This document shows positions 54,514-64,000 of a DNA stretch of 64,000 nt, one piece after another. Origin of the DNA: an uncultured delta proteobacterium. Its GTDB lineage: Bacteria; Myxococcota; UBA727; VGSZ01. The notes beneath the pieces are model-generated. The model saw only the letters and a list, made by a program, of their open reading frames with translations. It made no database searches and was not told where the DNA came from. Made by a program: the position numbers and the translations under genes. The stretch spans positions 672,001-736,000 of the forward strand of contig CAVZJB010000011.1 of the NCBI GenBank assembly GCA_963775425.1, written 5' to 3'. How positions within the stretch are numbered: position 1 is the first letter of the stretch; each line of letters begins with the position of its first letter.

Positions 54514-55062
54514 CTACAGGAGCGCCTGCACGAGGAAGAAGGCGCCTGCCGCGCCGAGACCGATGCTCAGGTACCAGGCCTTCTTGCGCTTGGTGAGCAC
54601 GGCGATGGCCGACAGCGCGATGGCGATCTGAAACAGCGTCACGGCGCGCGCGAGGATGTTGTGCCGCGCGAGGTGCTCGTGCGACGCGCGAACCTCCTCG
54701 TCGGCCTTCTCGCGGATCTCGTCCTGCTCGTGCTTGTACGTCTCGAGCTTCGCCGGGCCGGCGTCGGAGACGCTCTTGCCGAGCGCGGTGAGCAGCTCGA
54801 TCTGGTCCTTCAGCACCGCCGCCTTGATGCTCTTGGCCTGGAAGTACGCGTAGTTGTCGGAGGCCTGGATCTGCTCGAGCATCGCCTCGTTGGCGTGATG
54901 TCCCGCGAACAGCGCCGAGATGGCGGCGAGCACCGCCAGGACCGCCGCCGAGAGCGCCACGACGGGGATCCAGCTCGGCGCGTCATGGTGGCCGCCGGCT
55001 TCGTGCGCGTGGTGCTCGAGCGTCTCGTGAAGGTGCTCGGTGGGGACTTCGATCTCGGTCAC
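54514..55062 (-). CDS. DUF4337 family membrane protein
   Basis: VALSAAVLAVLAAI, ASDNYAYFQAKSIK, FQIAIALSAIAVL. Confidence 0.85.
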   Translation of the reverse strand: MTEIEVPTEHLHETLEHHAHEAGGHHDAPSWIPVVALSAAVLAVLAAISALFAGHHANEAMLEQIQASDNYAYFQAKSIKAAVLKDQIELLTALGKSVSDAGPAKLETYKHEQDEIREKADEEVRASHEHLARHNILARAVTLFQIAIALSAIAVLTKRKKAWYLSIGLGAAGAFFLVQALL

Positions 55063-55143
55063 GGATCACCTCGATGGGTGGGGCGACCCGTTAGCAGCGG
55101 GCTGCGGGCTTGGCTGCGGCGGGGATCACGTCGAGGGGCGCGG

Positions 55144-56907
55144 TCACCGGCAGTCGACGTCGACGGAAACGCCGGGCGCGGCGACCGCTTCGACGCGGGC
55201 GGCGCCGTGGCAGGCGAGCGCCGAGCCGTCGGCCGCCTCGAGCGCGACGAAGACGCGGCCGCACCCGAGCGACGCCACCGGCACCGTGACCGCGCCGGGA
55301 GGCACCCGCTGCCGGCGCACCGCGCCTCGCGGGGTTTGCAGCGCGTAGCCGTTGTCCACGAAGGCGACGCCGGCGGGGAGCGTCACCGTCCCGCGGCACC
55401 CTGCGAAGCGCAGCGCGGCGTAGCGGTGATCCTCCACCTCGGCGACGAAGCCGCCGGCGCGCCACCGCGCGTGGTCGGCCTCGTCCTCGAACGCGAGCAC
55501 GCCGTCGAAGCGGCGCGCGTGGCTCATCAGGTCGGCGAACGCCGCGTCGCGCTCGGCGTCGTCGTAGCGCCACATGCGCACCACGAGCGCGCGCCGGTCG
55601 GGGCTCGGCGGCAAGCCTTCGCGCAGGCGCGTGAAGCCCACGCCGAGGTGCGCGAACGAAAAGCCGACGAAGCCTCCCTGCGCCACCGCGACGAGGTGGG
55701 CCAGGTTGAAGAAGGGGTTCACGTAGCGGAGGTCGGCGCCGGGCGGCATGTCCGCAGGCGCGAACGCGACCGGCAGCCGGTACCCGCGCGCGATGGGTGT
55801 GTCGAGGTTGTTCTCGACGTCGGCGGCCGCTTCGTGGAAGCGCTCGTGGAACGCGAGCGACCACCCGACCTGCGCCGCCACGAGCGCCACGCCGGCGAGC
55901 ACCCGCGCGGCGCGCGGCGGCAAGAGCCGCTCCGGCGGCAGGAGCACGAGGAGGAGCGTCATGCCGACGAGCAGCGGGCGCGGACCGGCGAGCTGCCAGC
56001 CGGGCAGGTCGCGGGGGAGCGCGCACGCGAGCGCGACGAGCGAGAGGCCGGCCACGGCGAGGGCGCGCCGGCGCGGATCGTGGTCGGCGAGGCCGAAGGC
56101 GGCGCCGGCGGCGGCGGCGACGACGGGGAGCCAGGCGCGCAGCGGCGGGCCGCCGATGAATCCCCAGGCGAAGACCGTCGCGTGCTCGGCCGCGGGGCCC
56201 CACGCCAGCGAGCCCGCCGCGACGCCCCCGCCGTTCATCACCACCGCCGCGACGCACACGGCGAGCGCGGGCGCGCCGCACGCCGCGGTCCACAGCAGGC
56301 GGCGGACGGTGCGGCGCGCGCGGCGGGGCCCGGCCGGCGCGGCGGCGGCGAGCACGACGAGGACGCCGCCGGCGACGACGGCGCCGGCGGCGTGCACATG
56401 GGCGGCGAGGGCGAGCACGACCGCGACGAGGACGCCGCGCCGGACGGTGTGCGGCGCACGCTCGTCGAGGACGAGCGCGACGGCGAAGAGCCCGAGCGCG
56501 CAGGAGAGCACGTACGCGAGCGCGCCCAGGTAGAAGCACCAAGAAAACGCGGTGACGGCGCCGGCGACCACGCCGAGCAGCGGCCGGCCGAGGGCGCGCG
56601 CGACGGCGACGACGCCCGCCACCCACAGCGACAGGACGACGATGAGCCCCGCCGCGTACGCGGCGCGCCACGGGAGGAACGACAGGAGCGCGACGAGCAG
56701 CTCGCAGAACCCCTCGCCCGAGACCGCGAAGTGCGGCGCGGCGTAGCGGGAGAAGCCGAGCGCGTCGGGGCCGGCGTCGGCGACGACGCGCGCGGACAGC
56801 AGGTGTTGCGGGCCGTCGCCGGAGGGGACGAAGGGGACGGCGAGCACGGCCGCGGCCAGCGCCGCGCAGGCGAGGGCGAAGCACAGGGCGGTCGAGGCTC
56901 GCGCCAC
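55144..56907 (-). CDS. Polytopic membrane protein, GT-C-like
   Basis: PSGDGPQH after first TM, about 10 TM helices, soluble C-terminal domain. Confidence 0.65.
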   Translation of the reverse strand: MARASTALCFALACAALAAAVLAVPFVPSGDGPQHLLSARVVADAGPDALGFSRYAAPHFAVSGEGFCELLVALLSFLPWRAAYAAGLIVVLSLWVAGVVAVARALGRPLLGVVAGAVTAFSWCFYLGALAYVLSCALGLFAVALVLDERAPHTVRRGVLVAVVLALAAHVHAAGAVVAGGVLVVLAAAAPAGPRRARRTVRRLLWTAACGAPALAVCVAAVVMNGGGVAAGSLAWGPAAEHATVFAWGFIGGPPLRAWLPVVAAAAGAAFGLADHDPRRRALAVAGLSLVALACALPRDLPGWQLAGPRPLLVGMTLLLVLLPPERLLPPRAARVLAGVALVAAQVGWSLAFHERFHEAAADVENNLDTPIARGYRLPVAFAPADMPPGADLRYVNPFFNLAHLVAVAQGGFVGFSFAHLGVGFTRLREGLPPSPDRRALVVRMWRYDDAERDAAFADLMSHARRFDGVLAFEDEADHARWRAGGFVAEVEDHRYAALRFAGCRGTVTLPAGVAFVDNGYALQTPRGAVRRQRVPPGAVTVPVASLGCGRVFVALEAADGSALACHGAARVEAVAAPGVSVDVDCR

Positions 56908-57039
56908 GGAGCGACGCTATCCGTCGCGCGCCGCGCCGTCAGCACGCGCCGCGCCGGCCCGTCGACGGCGGGCGCCGCCGGCAGCGCGCGGCGCTTGCGC
57001 GGTGGTCCCGGCGCCGATAGATACGGACCGAGGTCCGAG

Positions 57040-58056
57040 ATGAAGAACGACGTCGTCCTCGCGCACGGAGCGCTCCCCCCCGCGGGCTCGTGGCCCACGC
57101 TCGACCCGTTCCTCGCTTGTATGCACCACGACGACGCGTACCCCGCCGGCGGCGACGACATGGCGCCGCCGCGCGCGTCGCTCGCCGGGCGCAACATCGG
57201 CATGGACTTCGAGGGCAAGGACGGCTGGCGCATGTACCACGGCGACGTGGTGCCGGGCTTTCCGCAGCACCCGCACCGCGGCTTCGAGACGGTCACCGTG
57301 GTGCGGCAGGGCTTCGTCGATCACGCCGACAGCCTCGGCGCCGCCGCGCGCTTCGGCGAGGGCGACGTCCAGTGGATCACGGCGGGCAAGGGCATCTCGC
57401 ACTCGGAGATGTTCCCGCTGCTGCACAAGGACGCCGACAACCCGCTCGAGCTCTTCCAGATCTGGTTGAACCTCGCGCACGAAGACAAGCTCACCGATCC
57501 GCACTTCGCCGTCTTGTGGGCCGCCGACGTCCCCGTCGTCGAGCGCGACGGCGCCGTGGTCACCGTGGTGGCCGGTCGCTTCGACGACGCGCGCTCGCCG
57601 CCGTCGCCACCGCCGCGCTCGTGGGCCGCGGCGCCGGATCACGACGTTGCCATCTGGACCCTCCGCCTCAAGAAGGGCGCGCGCGTGACCTTGCCGCCGG
57701 GCGCGCCCGACGCGCACCGCGTGGTGTACGGCTTCCGCGGCGGCCCGTTCGTCATCGCCGGCGTGGAGCTCGGCGCCAGGAGCGTCGCGCAGCTCGCGCC
57801 CGACGCCGCCGCCGTCGTCGAAAACGCCGGCGACGCCGACGCGGAGCTGCTGGTGCTCCACGGCAAGCCCATCGGCGAGCCCGTGGCGCAGGCCGGCCCC
57901 TTCGTGATGACCACACGGCTCGAGGTGCAGCAGGCCTTCATGGACTACGAGCGCACCCGTTTCGGCGGCTGGCCCTGGCGGAGCGACGCCCCCGTCCACC
58001 CCCGCGACGTCCGCCACTGGGCGCGCTTCGTCGACGGTCACGAAGAGTCCCGTTAG
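57040..58056 (+). CDS. Pirin family protein
   Basis: DPFL, GFPQHPHRGFETVT, DVQWITAGKGISHSEMFP, QIWLNL, GPFVM. Confidence 0.95.
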   Translation: MKNDVVLAHGALPPAGSWPTLDPFLACMHHDDAYPAGGDDMAPPRASLAGRNIGMDFEGKDGWRMYHGDVVPGFPQHPHRGFETVTVVRQGFVDHADSLGAAARFGEGDVQWITAGKGISHSEMFPLLHKDADNPLELFQIWLNLAHEDKLTDPHFAVLWAADVPVVERDGAVVTVVAGRFDDARSPPSPPPRSWAAAPDHDVAIWTLRLKKGARVTLPPGAPDAHRVVYGFRGGPFVIAGVELGARSVAQLAPDAAAVVENAGDADAELLVLHGKPIGEPVAQAGPFVMTTRLEVQQAFMDYERTRFGGWPWRSDAPVHPRDVRHWARFVDGHEESR

Positions 58057-58077
58057 AGGACCGCCGATCGGCGCGCG

Positions 58078-58758
58078 TCAGCGCAGCGGTGGCGGCGGCG
58101 GCGGCGGCGGCGGCTGTCCCACGGGCGGTGGCCTGGCGCCGAGGCGGGCGAGCGCGCGCCGGGCGCCCTCGTTCTGCTCGTCCTGGTTGAGCACCTTCTT
58201 GAGCTCGAGGATGGCCTCGTCGGTGTACCCGAGGATCTCGAGCGCGTAGCCGGAGAACAGCCGCGCGCGGATGTCGTGAGGGTCGAGCATGAGCGCGCGC
58301 AGGTAGTACAGGAGCGCGCGCGTCTCGTCGCCGCGGCGGTGGTGCGCGTAGCCGAGGTTGACGAGGAATTTGGGCTCGCTGGGCACGAGCTTGGTGGCCT
58401 GCTCGAGGTTGTACACCGCCTCGTCGAGCTCGCCGGCGGCCATCAGCGCGCCCGCGAGGTGGTTTCTGTACTGCGAGTTCTCGGCGTCGAGCAGGATGGC
58501 CCGCTTGTAGCCCGCGATGGCGCCGCGAAGGTCGCGCCCGCCGAACGCCGGGTCCCTCCGGCGCGCGTCGTTGAACGCGGCCTCGGCTTCGGCGGACTTG
58601 TGGCGCGTGGGCGTCGTCGGGCTCTCGGGCCCGAGCTCTTCCGGGTAGTGCTTGGGGTCCTTGCCTGCCTTGCAGACGGCGCGGCACTGCGCGCAGTCGA
58701 TCTCGGCGTGCGCGCCGGCGCACACGAGAGCCGACAGGAGGATCGCGGCGGTCTTCAT
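58078..58758 (-). CDS. Secreted TPR-repeat protein
   Basis: Signal peptide, CAQCRAVC, 4-5 TPR units (AIAGYKRAILLDAEN, NLGYAHHRRG), poly-Pro tail. Confidence 0.85.
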   Translation of the reverse strand: MKTAAILLSALVCAGAHAEIDCAQCRAVCKAGKDPKHYPEELGPESPTTPTRHKSAEAEAAFNDARRRDPAFGGRDLRGAIAGYKRAILLDAENSQYRNHLAGALMAAGELDEAVYNLEQATKLVPSEPKFLVNLGYAHHRRGDETRALLYYLRALMLDPHDIRARLFSGYALEILGYTDEAILELKKVLNQDEQNEGARRALARLGARPPPVGQPPPPPPPPPLR

Positions 58759-58802
58759 ACCGAAGACACTACTGCGGGCTCCGGCGTCGCGCACAGCGCG
58801 CC

Positions 58803-60021
58803 TCAGCGAGGCGGGCGCGCGGCGCGGAAGCGGTCCACCAGGCCGTACCAGTCCTTCTTGAGATCGCCGCTGAGCGCGAAGGGCTGCGCGTCGACGGCGA
58901 AGCCGGCGGCGTCGACGGTGCACTGCCGCACGAGCACCCACAGCGTCATCGACACCGGCGCCTGGAGCGTGAGCTGCACCGCGGTGTTGTCGGGGACGCG
59001 CGCCCGGCACAGCAGCGACAGCCGACTCTTGGACAGGGTGACGCACGTCGCCGCGCGCGGGCCGCCTGCGCCGCCGACGACGGTGGCGGGGAGCATCACC
59101 GGCACGCCGTCGATGATGCGGTCGACCGCGGCTGGCACGGTGAGGCGTTTGAGCATCGGGCCGTCGCAGAACGCGGCGACGAGCGGCGGCACGTGGACGA
59201 GGGCGCGCGCGACGGCCTCGGACTCCGCGGGCGTGCGCGCGGCGCCGCTGGCGACGAGGTCGGCCGCGGAGACGTGGGGCGCGTCGAGGAGCAGGCGCGT
59301 CACGCGATCGGCCGCGCGCACGACGTCGACGAGGGGATCGTCGGCGGCGTCCGGGCGGTGATGGTGGCGGGCGATGACGTCGGTGACGCGCCGCGGGAGC
59401 CCCCACTGCGCGGCCATGGTGACGCCGACGGCGGTGTGGAAGCGATCGGCGATCCGCACGAGGAAGGCGCTCTCGGAGGGGATCGAGCTGCGCGCCGAGC
59501 GCCGCCTCCATCCAGCCGAGCCCGATCACCTTGCCGAAGTCGTGGACGATGCCGCACAGGAACGCTTCGTCCGCGGGGAGCTTCCGCGCCATCGCGAGCG
59601 AGCGGGCGATGACGGCGGAGACGACGGAGTCGAGCCAGACCCGTCGGCGCTCCACGGCGAGCGGCCCGTCGCCGTGCGCCATGCCGCCGAGCGTGGCCTG
59701 GAAGATGATGCAGGCGACGGTGACGGTGCCGAGCCGCCGCACCGCATCCTCGGCGGAGACCGCCGGCTGCTTGGCGCCGAACGCCGCCGTGTTCGCCGCG
59801 CGCAACAGATCGGTGGTGAAGCGTGGATCGAGCCCGAGCAGGCGCACGATCTCGGCCATGGGCGTGTCATCGGAGCTCAACGCGGCCTGGAGCCTGACGG
59901 CTATCTCGGGCAGCGCCGGGCACTCGAGGCGCTCGTCGGCCACCGCCGACGCGAGCTCCGCCTCGACGTCGAAGGTGCTCACTTCGAGATCGTCGAGCTC
60001 GAACGCCGCCAGGGAGTCCAT
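58803..60021 (-). CDS. HDOD-domain protein with C-terminal PilZ-like barrel; frameshift in G-run 59478-59481
   Basis: PALPEIAVRL, DPRFTTDLLRAAN, AFLCGIVHDFGK; continues in another frame as HTAVG..MAAQWGLP..IARHH. Confidence 0.82.
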
Positions 60022-60089
60022 ATCCCCCACTCGGCAGGATCCGCCCCGGCTTGAGCGCGGAAACGACGCCAGCCCGGCTCGACGCCGCG

Positions 60090-60893
60090 CTACTGCACCG
60101 TGACCTCCACGCGCCCTGTCCAGGTGAGCTCGGAGTCCGCCTCGCACGCATCTGTCGTGCATGCTTCCGAGCGAAAGGTCTCGACCACGTCGACGAGGAT
60201 GCTGGCTCCGGCGGAGGCCGCACCTCCGGGAATGGTCACCACGACGACGTCGGACCCTTCGAGGCGCGAGAGCGGATGGAAGGTGCAGTCGAAGTCTCCC
60301 TCGTGGCACTGCGAGATGGTCACGTCGAAGCGCGTGTCGGGGCCGTCGAGCGGCGCGTTCGAGCGAAGCGCCACCTCCTGGCCGCGCGTGACCACCGCAC
60401 CGGACTCCAGGTCCACCAACTCCATCGCCGGGGCGGTGGGCGGCCTGCGGATGGTGGTGCTCCAGGAGTCGGAGGCATCCGCGACGCCCACGACGATGCG
60501 GGCGTCGGTGCCGAGGGAGGCGTCGATGGGGAGCGTCTGCGCGGGCGTGATGCACAACGGCTTGACGAACGGGCTCAGCGTGAGGTCACCGCCGCCGGTG
60601 CCGCCGTACTCGACGTGGCCGCGCTCGGACAAGATGCCGCCGGCGTCCCCGGCGAACCAATTGGCGTCGGTCCCGAGCACAGGGCACGCGTCCGCCTCCG
60701 CCGCAGGCTGGCCAAGCTCGATCTCGATCACCGGAGGCTGCGGGGTGCCGCCCTCGTTCGGCGTGGTCACGCTCACCACCAGCGTGCGCTGCGGCCAATC
60801 GGCGAGCGTGGTGGGGTGCTCGGGCAGCACGCCGCACAGGCACCCGGGCATGGTGGCGAAGGCCAGCATCGTGAGGGTGAGGGGACGCAGCAT
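60090..60893 (-). CDS. Hypothetical lipoprotein
   Basis: MLRPLTLTMLAFATMPG-C; beta-rich, six further Cys. Confidence 0.6.
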   Translation of the reverse strand: MLRPLTLTMLAFATMPGCLCGVLPEHPTTLADWPQRTLVVSVTTPNEGGTPQPPVIEIELGQPAAEADACPVLGTDANWFAGDAGGILSERGHVEYGGTGGGDLTLSPFVKPLCITPAQTLPIDASLGTDARIVVGVADASDSWSTTIRRPPTAPAMELVDLESGAVVTRGQEVALRSNAPLDGPDTRFDVTISQCHEGDFDCTFHPLSRLEGSDVVVVTIPGGAASAGASILVDVVETFRSEACTTDACEADSELTWTGRVEVTVQ

Positions 60894-60932
60894 CCCTCAT
60901 CCTATCGCAGCCATCGTCCCCCTCGAAGTGGC

Positions 60933-62564
60933 TCAACCGCCTTCGACGTGGAACAGCGATTGGCGGGCCGCGAGCGCCCTGGCGCGCACGGCCTTGTCGG
61001 GGTGCTCGCGGCTGGCCCGGTCGAGCACGTCGAGCGCCTCGAAAGCCTTGAGACCTTCGAGCAGCTCGACGATGTGGAGCGCGCGGGCGCGCTCGCCCTT
61101 CATGAGCGCCTGCTCGAGCGCGCCCATGTGCACAAGCGCGCGGCGGTCGGCGATGGCGTCGATCACCTCCTTGCCGAGCGCGCCCGGCGTCGACGCGAGC
61201 CGCGCGACCGCGGCCTTGGCTTCGACGTCGTCACGGCCCAGGAGCGTGTCGAGCGCGGCCGGGTTGCGCTCGGCGCTGTCGCGCACCCGCTGTTCGAGCG
61301 CGTCGGCCGTCGGCGGCGTCGGCGGCTCCGGCGGCGCCTCGTCGACGACGGGCGGCGTCACCTCCACGGGCGGCGGCCGCGGCGGCTGCACCACGACGAC
61401 GGGCGCGGGCGGCGGCGGGGCCAACGCATCGACGAGCTGGTAGGCGACGACGGCGCCGAGCGCGGCGAAGGAGACGGCGAGCGCGAGCAGCCGGCCCGAC
61501 GACGCGCGCGGCTTGCCCGTGGCGCCGCCGTCCGGCGCTTCGCCCGCGGCGCTCGCGCGCGGGGCCTCGCCGGCCCCGCCGTGCGCATCGCTTCGAGCGC
61601 CGGCGACGTCGGCCGGGGGCGCCTGCGTCACGGCGGGCGTCGCACCCGACGCGAGGGCGTCGGCGATGTCGTCGAGGGCGCCGGCGATCTCGCGCATGTC
61701 GGCGAGGCGCTGGTCGCCGGCGGGCTCGAGCATGCGGGCGACGACGGCCGCGGTGGCGGCGCTCACCTCGGGGCGCTGGTCGCGCACGCCGGGGGCGCGC
61801 TCGCGCAGGACGCGCGCGAGGATGTCGAGGTCGGGCTCGTCGTCACGCGTGTAGAACGGCGGCCGTCCGACGAGCAGCGTGAAGAGCGTGGCCCCGAGGC
61901 CCCACGCGTCGGCGCGCGCGTCGATGGTGCCGCCGCGGGCCTGCTCCGGCGCCATGAAGTGCGGCGTGCCGACGGCGACACCCTTTTGCGTGACGAAGCC
62001 GCCGACGCCGTGCGCCTCGAGGAAGAGCGCGACGCCGAAGTCGAGCACGCGCACGCAGGCGTTGTCGTCGATGAGGAGGTTGTCGGGCTTGACGTCGCGG
62101 TGAACGACGCCGACGTCGTGGACCGCCGCGAGGCCGCGGGCGGCCTGGGCGCACAGGGAGAGCGCGGTCTCCTCGTCGATGCCCTCGCGGGCCCCGTCGA
62201 CGAGCGCGCCGAGCGGGTCGCCCTCGACGTACTCGAGCGCCATCCACGCCACGTCCTCGTCGACGCCGCTGGCGAAGACCTGGACGACGTTTTTGTGCTG
62301 CACCCGCGCCAGCGCCTGCGCCTCGCGGAGGAAGCGCGCGCGGCCCTCGTCGTCGGCGTCCTCGGGCGGCAGGATCTTGAGCGCCACCTTGCGCGCGAGC
62401 TTCTCGTCGTCGGCGAGGAACACGCGGCCCATGCCGCCGGTGCCGAGCGGCGCGACGACGCGGTAGCCGCCGATGCGCGCTCCCTGCTGGAAGCTCATCG
62501 TCGGCACCTTGCGCGCGAGGGGCTCGCGCGGCGTGGTCGCGTGGAGAGAGAGCTCGCCGCTCAT
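60933..62564 (-). CDS. Hanks-type Ser/Thr kinase with TM and HEAT-like C-terminal domain
   Basis: LGTGGMGRV, VALK, HRDVKPDN, DFG, GTPHFMAPEQ; start may be 62498. Confidence 0.94.
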   Translation of the reverse strand: MSGELSLHATTPREPLARKVPTMSFQQGARIGGYRVVAPLGTGGMGRVFLADDEKLARKVALKILPPEDADDEGRARFLREAQALARVQHKNVVQVFASGVDEDVAWMALEYVEGDPLGALVDGAREGIDEETALSLCAQAARGLAAVHDVGVVHRDVKPDNLLIDDNACVRVLDFGVALFLEAHGVGGFVTQKGVAVGTPHFMAPEQARGGTIDARADAWGLGATLFTLLVGRPPFYTRDDEPDLDILARVLRERAPGVRDQRPEVSAATAAVVARMLEPAGDQRLADMREIAGALDDIADALASGATPAVTQAPPADVAGARSDAHGGAGEAPRASAAGEAPDGGATGKPRASSGRLLALAVSFAALGAVVAYQLVDALAPPPPAPVVVVQPPRPPPVEVTPPVVDEAPPEPPTPPTADALEQRVRDSAERNPAALDTLLGRDDVEAKAAVARLASTPGALGKEVIDAIADRRALVHMGALEQALMKGERARALHIVELLEGLKAFEALDVLDRASREHPDKAVRARALAARQSLFHVEGG

Positions 62565-62652
62565 CGGTCACGAGCTTAGCGTCTCGCGGCGCCCGAGGCG
62601 CTGTCCTACACACGGCGCGCGCCCGCGGCGCCGCCGGCGAAGCTCACCGGCG

Positions 62653-63471
62653 TCAGCAGCCCTGCGCCGAGCAGAACCCGAACTGGTTGCAGCAAGCGAG
62701 GGCAGACTCGACGCAGCACGCCCCGCCCGCGCACGCCTGCGGGCCGCCGGAGCAGTGCTCCTGGCAGGTCTGTGTGAGCAAGCCGCAGAAGAGCCCGACG
62801 TGGCACAGGGCGTCGTCGGCGCTGCCGTCGCCGCCGGCGCACGCGTCGGAGAAGCCGCCGAGGGGGCCGTCGACGCACGCGTGGGCGCCGTTGCACACCT
62901 GCGGGTCGACGCAGTCGCCGTCGGAGCGGCAGCCGGTGCCGCAGTTGCCGGCGGCGGCGCCGAGCGCGATGGAGCAGAACTCGTCGTTGGGGCACTCGTC
63001 GTCGACGGTGCAGGGGCTCGCCGACCCCGCGAGGCAGCGGCCGTCGTCGAGGCAGGTCTCGATGTCCTGGCAGACCACGCCGCCGTTTTGGCAGTTCGGC
63101 AGCGTGCACCGCCCCGTCGACGTGTCGCACGCCGTGAGCGGCGCCTGGGTGCAGTCCGCGTTGCTCGTGCAGGTCTGCTGCTGCGGGATGCAGAACCCGC
63201 TGCCGACGTCGCAGGTGCAGGCCGACTGCTGGCAGAGCTGGTTGCCGACGCAGTCGGCGTCGGTGGTGCACCCCTGCGGGTCGCCTTCGCCTTCGCCCTC
63301 GCCCTCGCCTTCGCCTTCGCCCTCGCCTTCGCCTTCGCCCTCGCCCGCGTCTCCCTCGCCTTCGCCCTCTCCGGGCGGGTCCTCGATCACGGGCTTGTCG
63401 CACGCGCCCATGCCGACGAGGGGGAGCGCGACGGCGACGACGACCGCGAACGCGAGGGAGGCGTGGCGCAT
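62653..63471 (-). CDS. Cys-rich lipoprotein with GEGEGE linker (Dickkopf-like CxxDxDC repeats)
   Basis: Lipobox MGA-C, (GE)n, CTTDADC, CTSNADC, CTVDDEC, CRSDGDC. Confidence 0.82.
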   Translation of the reverse strand: MRHASLAFAVVVAVALPLVGMGACDKPVIEDPPGEGEGEGDAGEGEGEGEGEGEGEGEGEGEGDPQGCTTDADCVGNQLCQQSACTCDVGSGFCIPQQQTCTSNADCTQAPLTACDTSTGRCTLPNCQNGGVVCQDIETCLDDGRCLAGSASPCTVDDECPNDEFCSIALGAAAGNCGTGCRSDGDCVDPQVCNGAHACVDGPLGGFSDACAGGDGSADDALCHVGLFCGLLTQTCQEHCSGGPQACAGGACCVESALACCNQFGFCSAQGC

Positions 63472-63472
63472 C

Positions 63473-64000
63473 TCAGCACCCCGTGTTGGAGCAGAAGCCG
63501 AAGCTGTTGCAGCGGCAGGCGCCGGACAGGACGCAGCAGTCGCTGCCGTTGCAGGAGCTGCCCGAGGTCGGGCACGTCTCACCGCACGTGTTGGTGAACA
63601 AGCCGCACACGAGGCCCGACTGGCAGTCCGCGTCCGACCCGCAGGTGGCCTGGAAGCCGCCGAGGCCGCCGCCGCCGACGCAGGTGTGGGAGCCGTCGCA
63701 CTGCTGCCCGTTGGTGCACGAGCCGTTGTCGCGGCAGCCGACGGCGCACTGGCCGTTGCCGTTCACGACGGCGCAGTACTCGCTGATCTGGCACTCGCCG
63801 TTGGTGGTGCAGGCGGCGCCGTTGCCCTGTGTGACGCAGCGCCCGTCGGCGGCGCAGGTCTGGCCGGTGGTGCAGGTGGTGCCGCCGTTGGTGCACAGCG
63901 GGGGCGCGCAGCGGCCGGCGGCGGTGTCGCAGAAGGTGTTCGGCGCCTGCGTGCAGTCGCCGGCCCCGGTGCACGCGTGCGAGCGCTCGCACTGCGAGAG
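63473..64000 (-). CDS. Cys-rich protein, 3' part; paralogue of 62653-63471
   Basis: Same module order; ends CNSFGFCSNTGC versus CNQFGFCSAQGC. Confidence 0.8.
   Translation of the reverse strand, partial: LSQCERSHACTGAGDCTQAPNTFCDTAAGRCAPPLCTNGGTTCTTGQTCAADGRCVTQGNGAACTTNGECQISEYCAVVNGNGQCAVGCRDNGSCTNGQQCDGSHTCVGGGGLGGFQATCGSDADCQSGLVCGLFTNTCGETCPTSGSSCNGSDCCVLSGACRCNSFGFCSNTGC

Noticed and set aside
54457-58056. 1199-aa ORF as a giant pirin fusion
   Set aside because: Only 57040-58056 is pirin; the upstream part is antisense to two minus-strand genes.
58078-60555. 825-aa ORF as an HDOD-TPR fusion
   Set aside because: Produced by the frameshift near 59480; the TPR gene has its own start and signal peptide.

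Overview
Very GC-rich bacterial chromosomal window, most consistent with a Myxococcota-like organism. This is inferred from MYXO-CTERM-like tails, Cys/Asp-rich CxDGxDNDxDG repeat proteins, GEGEGE-linker lipoproteins, a Hanks kinase and HDOD/PilZ proteins. In order, the window holds: a treS-pep2/glgE/glgB alpha-glucan operon; a 1.6-kb almost A-free GYY-triplet tract; a membrane/GT-C-like/methyltransferase operon; an RND locus that includes a TM-less lipoprotein paralogue of the AcrB periplasmic domains, opposite a divergent marR-tolC; two inverted copies of a ~165-bp MITE-like repeat plus an IS1182-like remnant; surface proteins and proteases; a DUF1795-like gene pair; a cytochrome c peroxidase, ggt, rpe and rsmB; a VPEID-CTERM/exosortase E pair; queE and comF; a four-gene operon (secreted thermonuclease, Ca-binding repeat lipoprotein, two paralogous porin-like barrels) divergent from a cNMP-T2SSE_N-PilT fusion; then pirin, TPR, HDOD, kinase and Cys-rich lipoproteins. 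Four genes carry single-base frameshifts, probably long-read errors. I recognised no tRNA, rRNA or CRISPR array. All assignments come from motif recognition by eye; no database searches were run.
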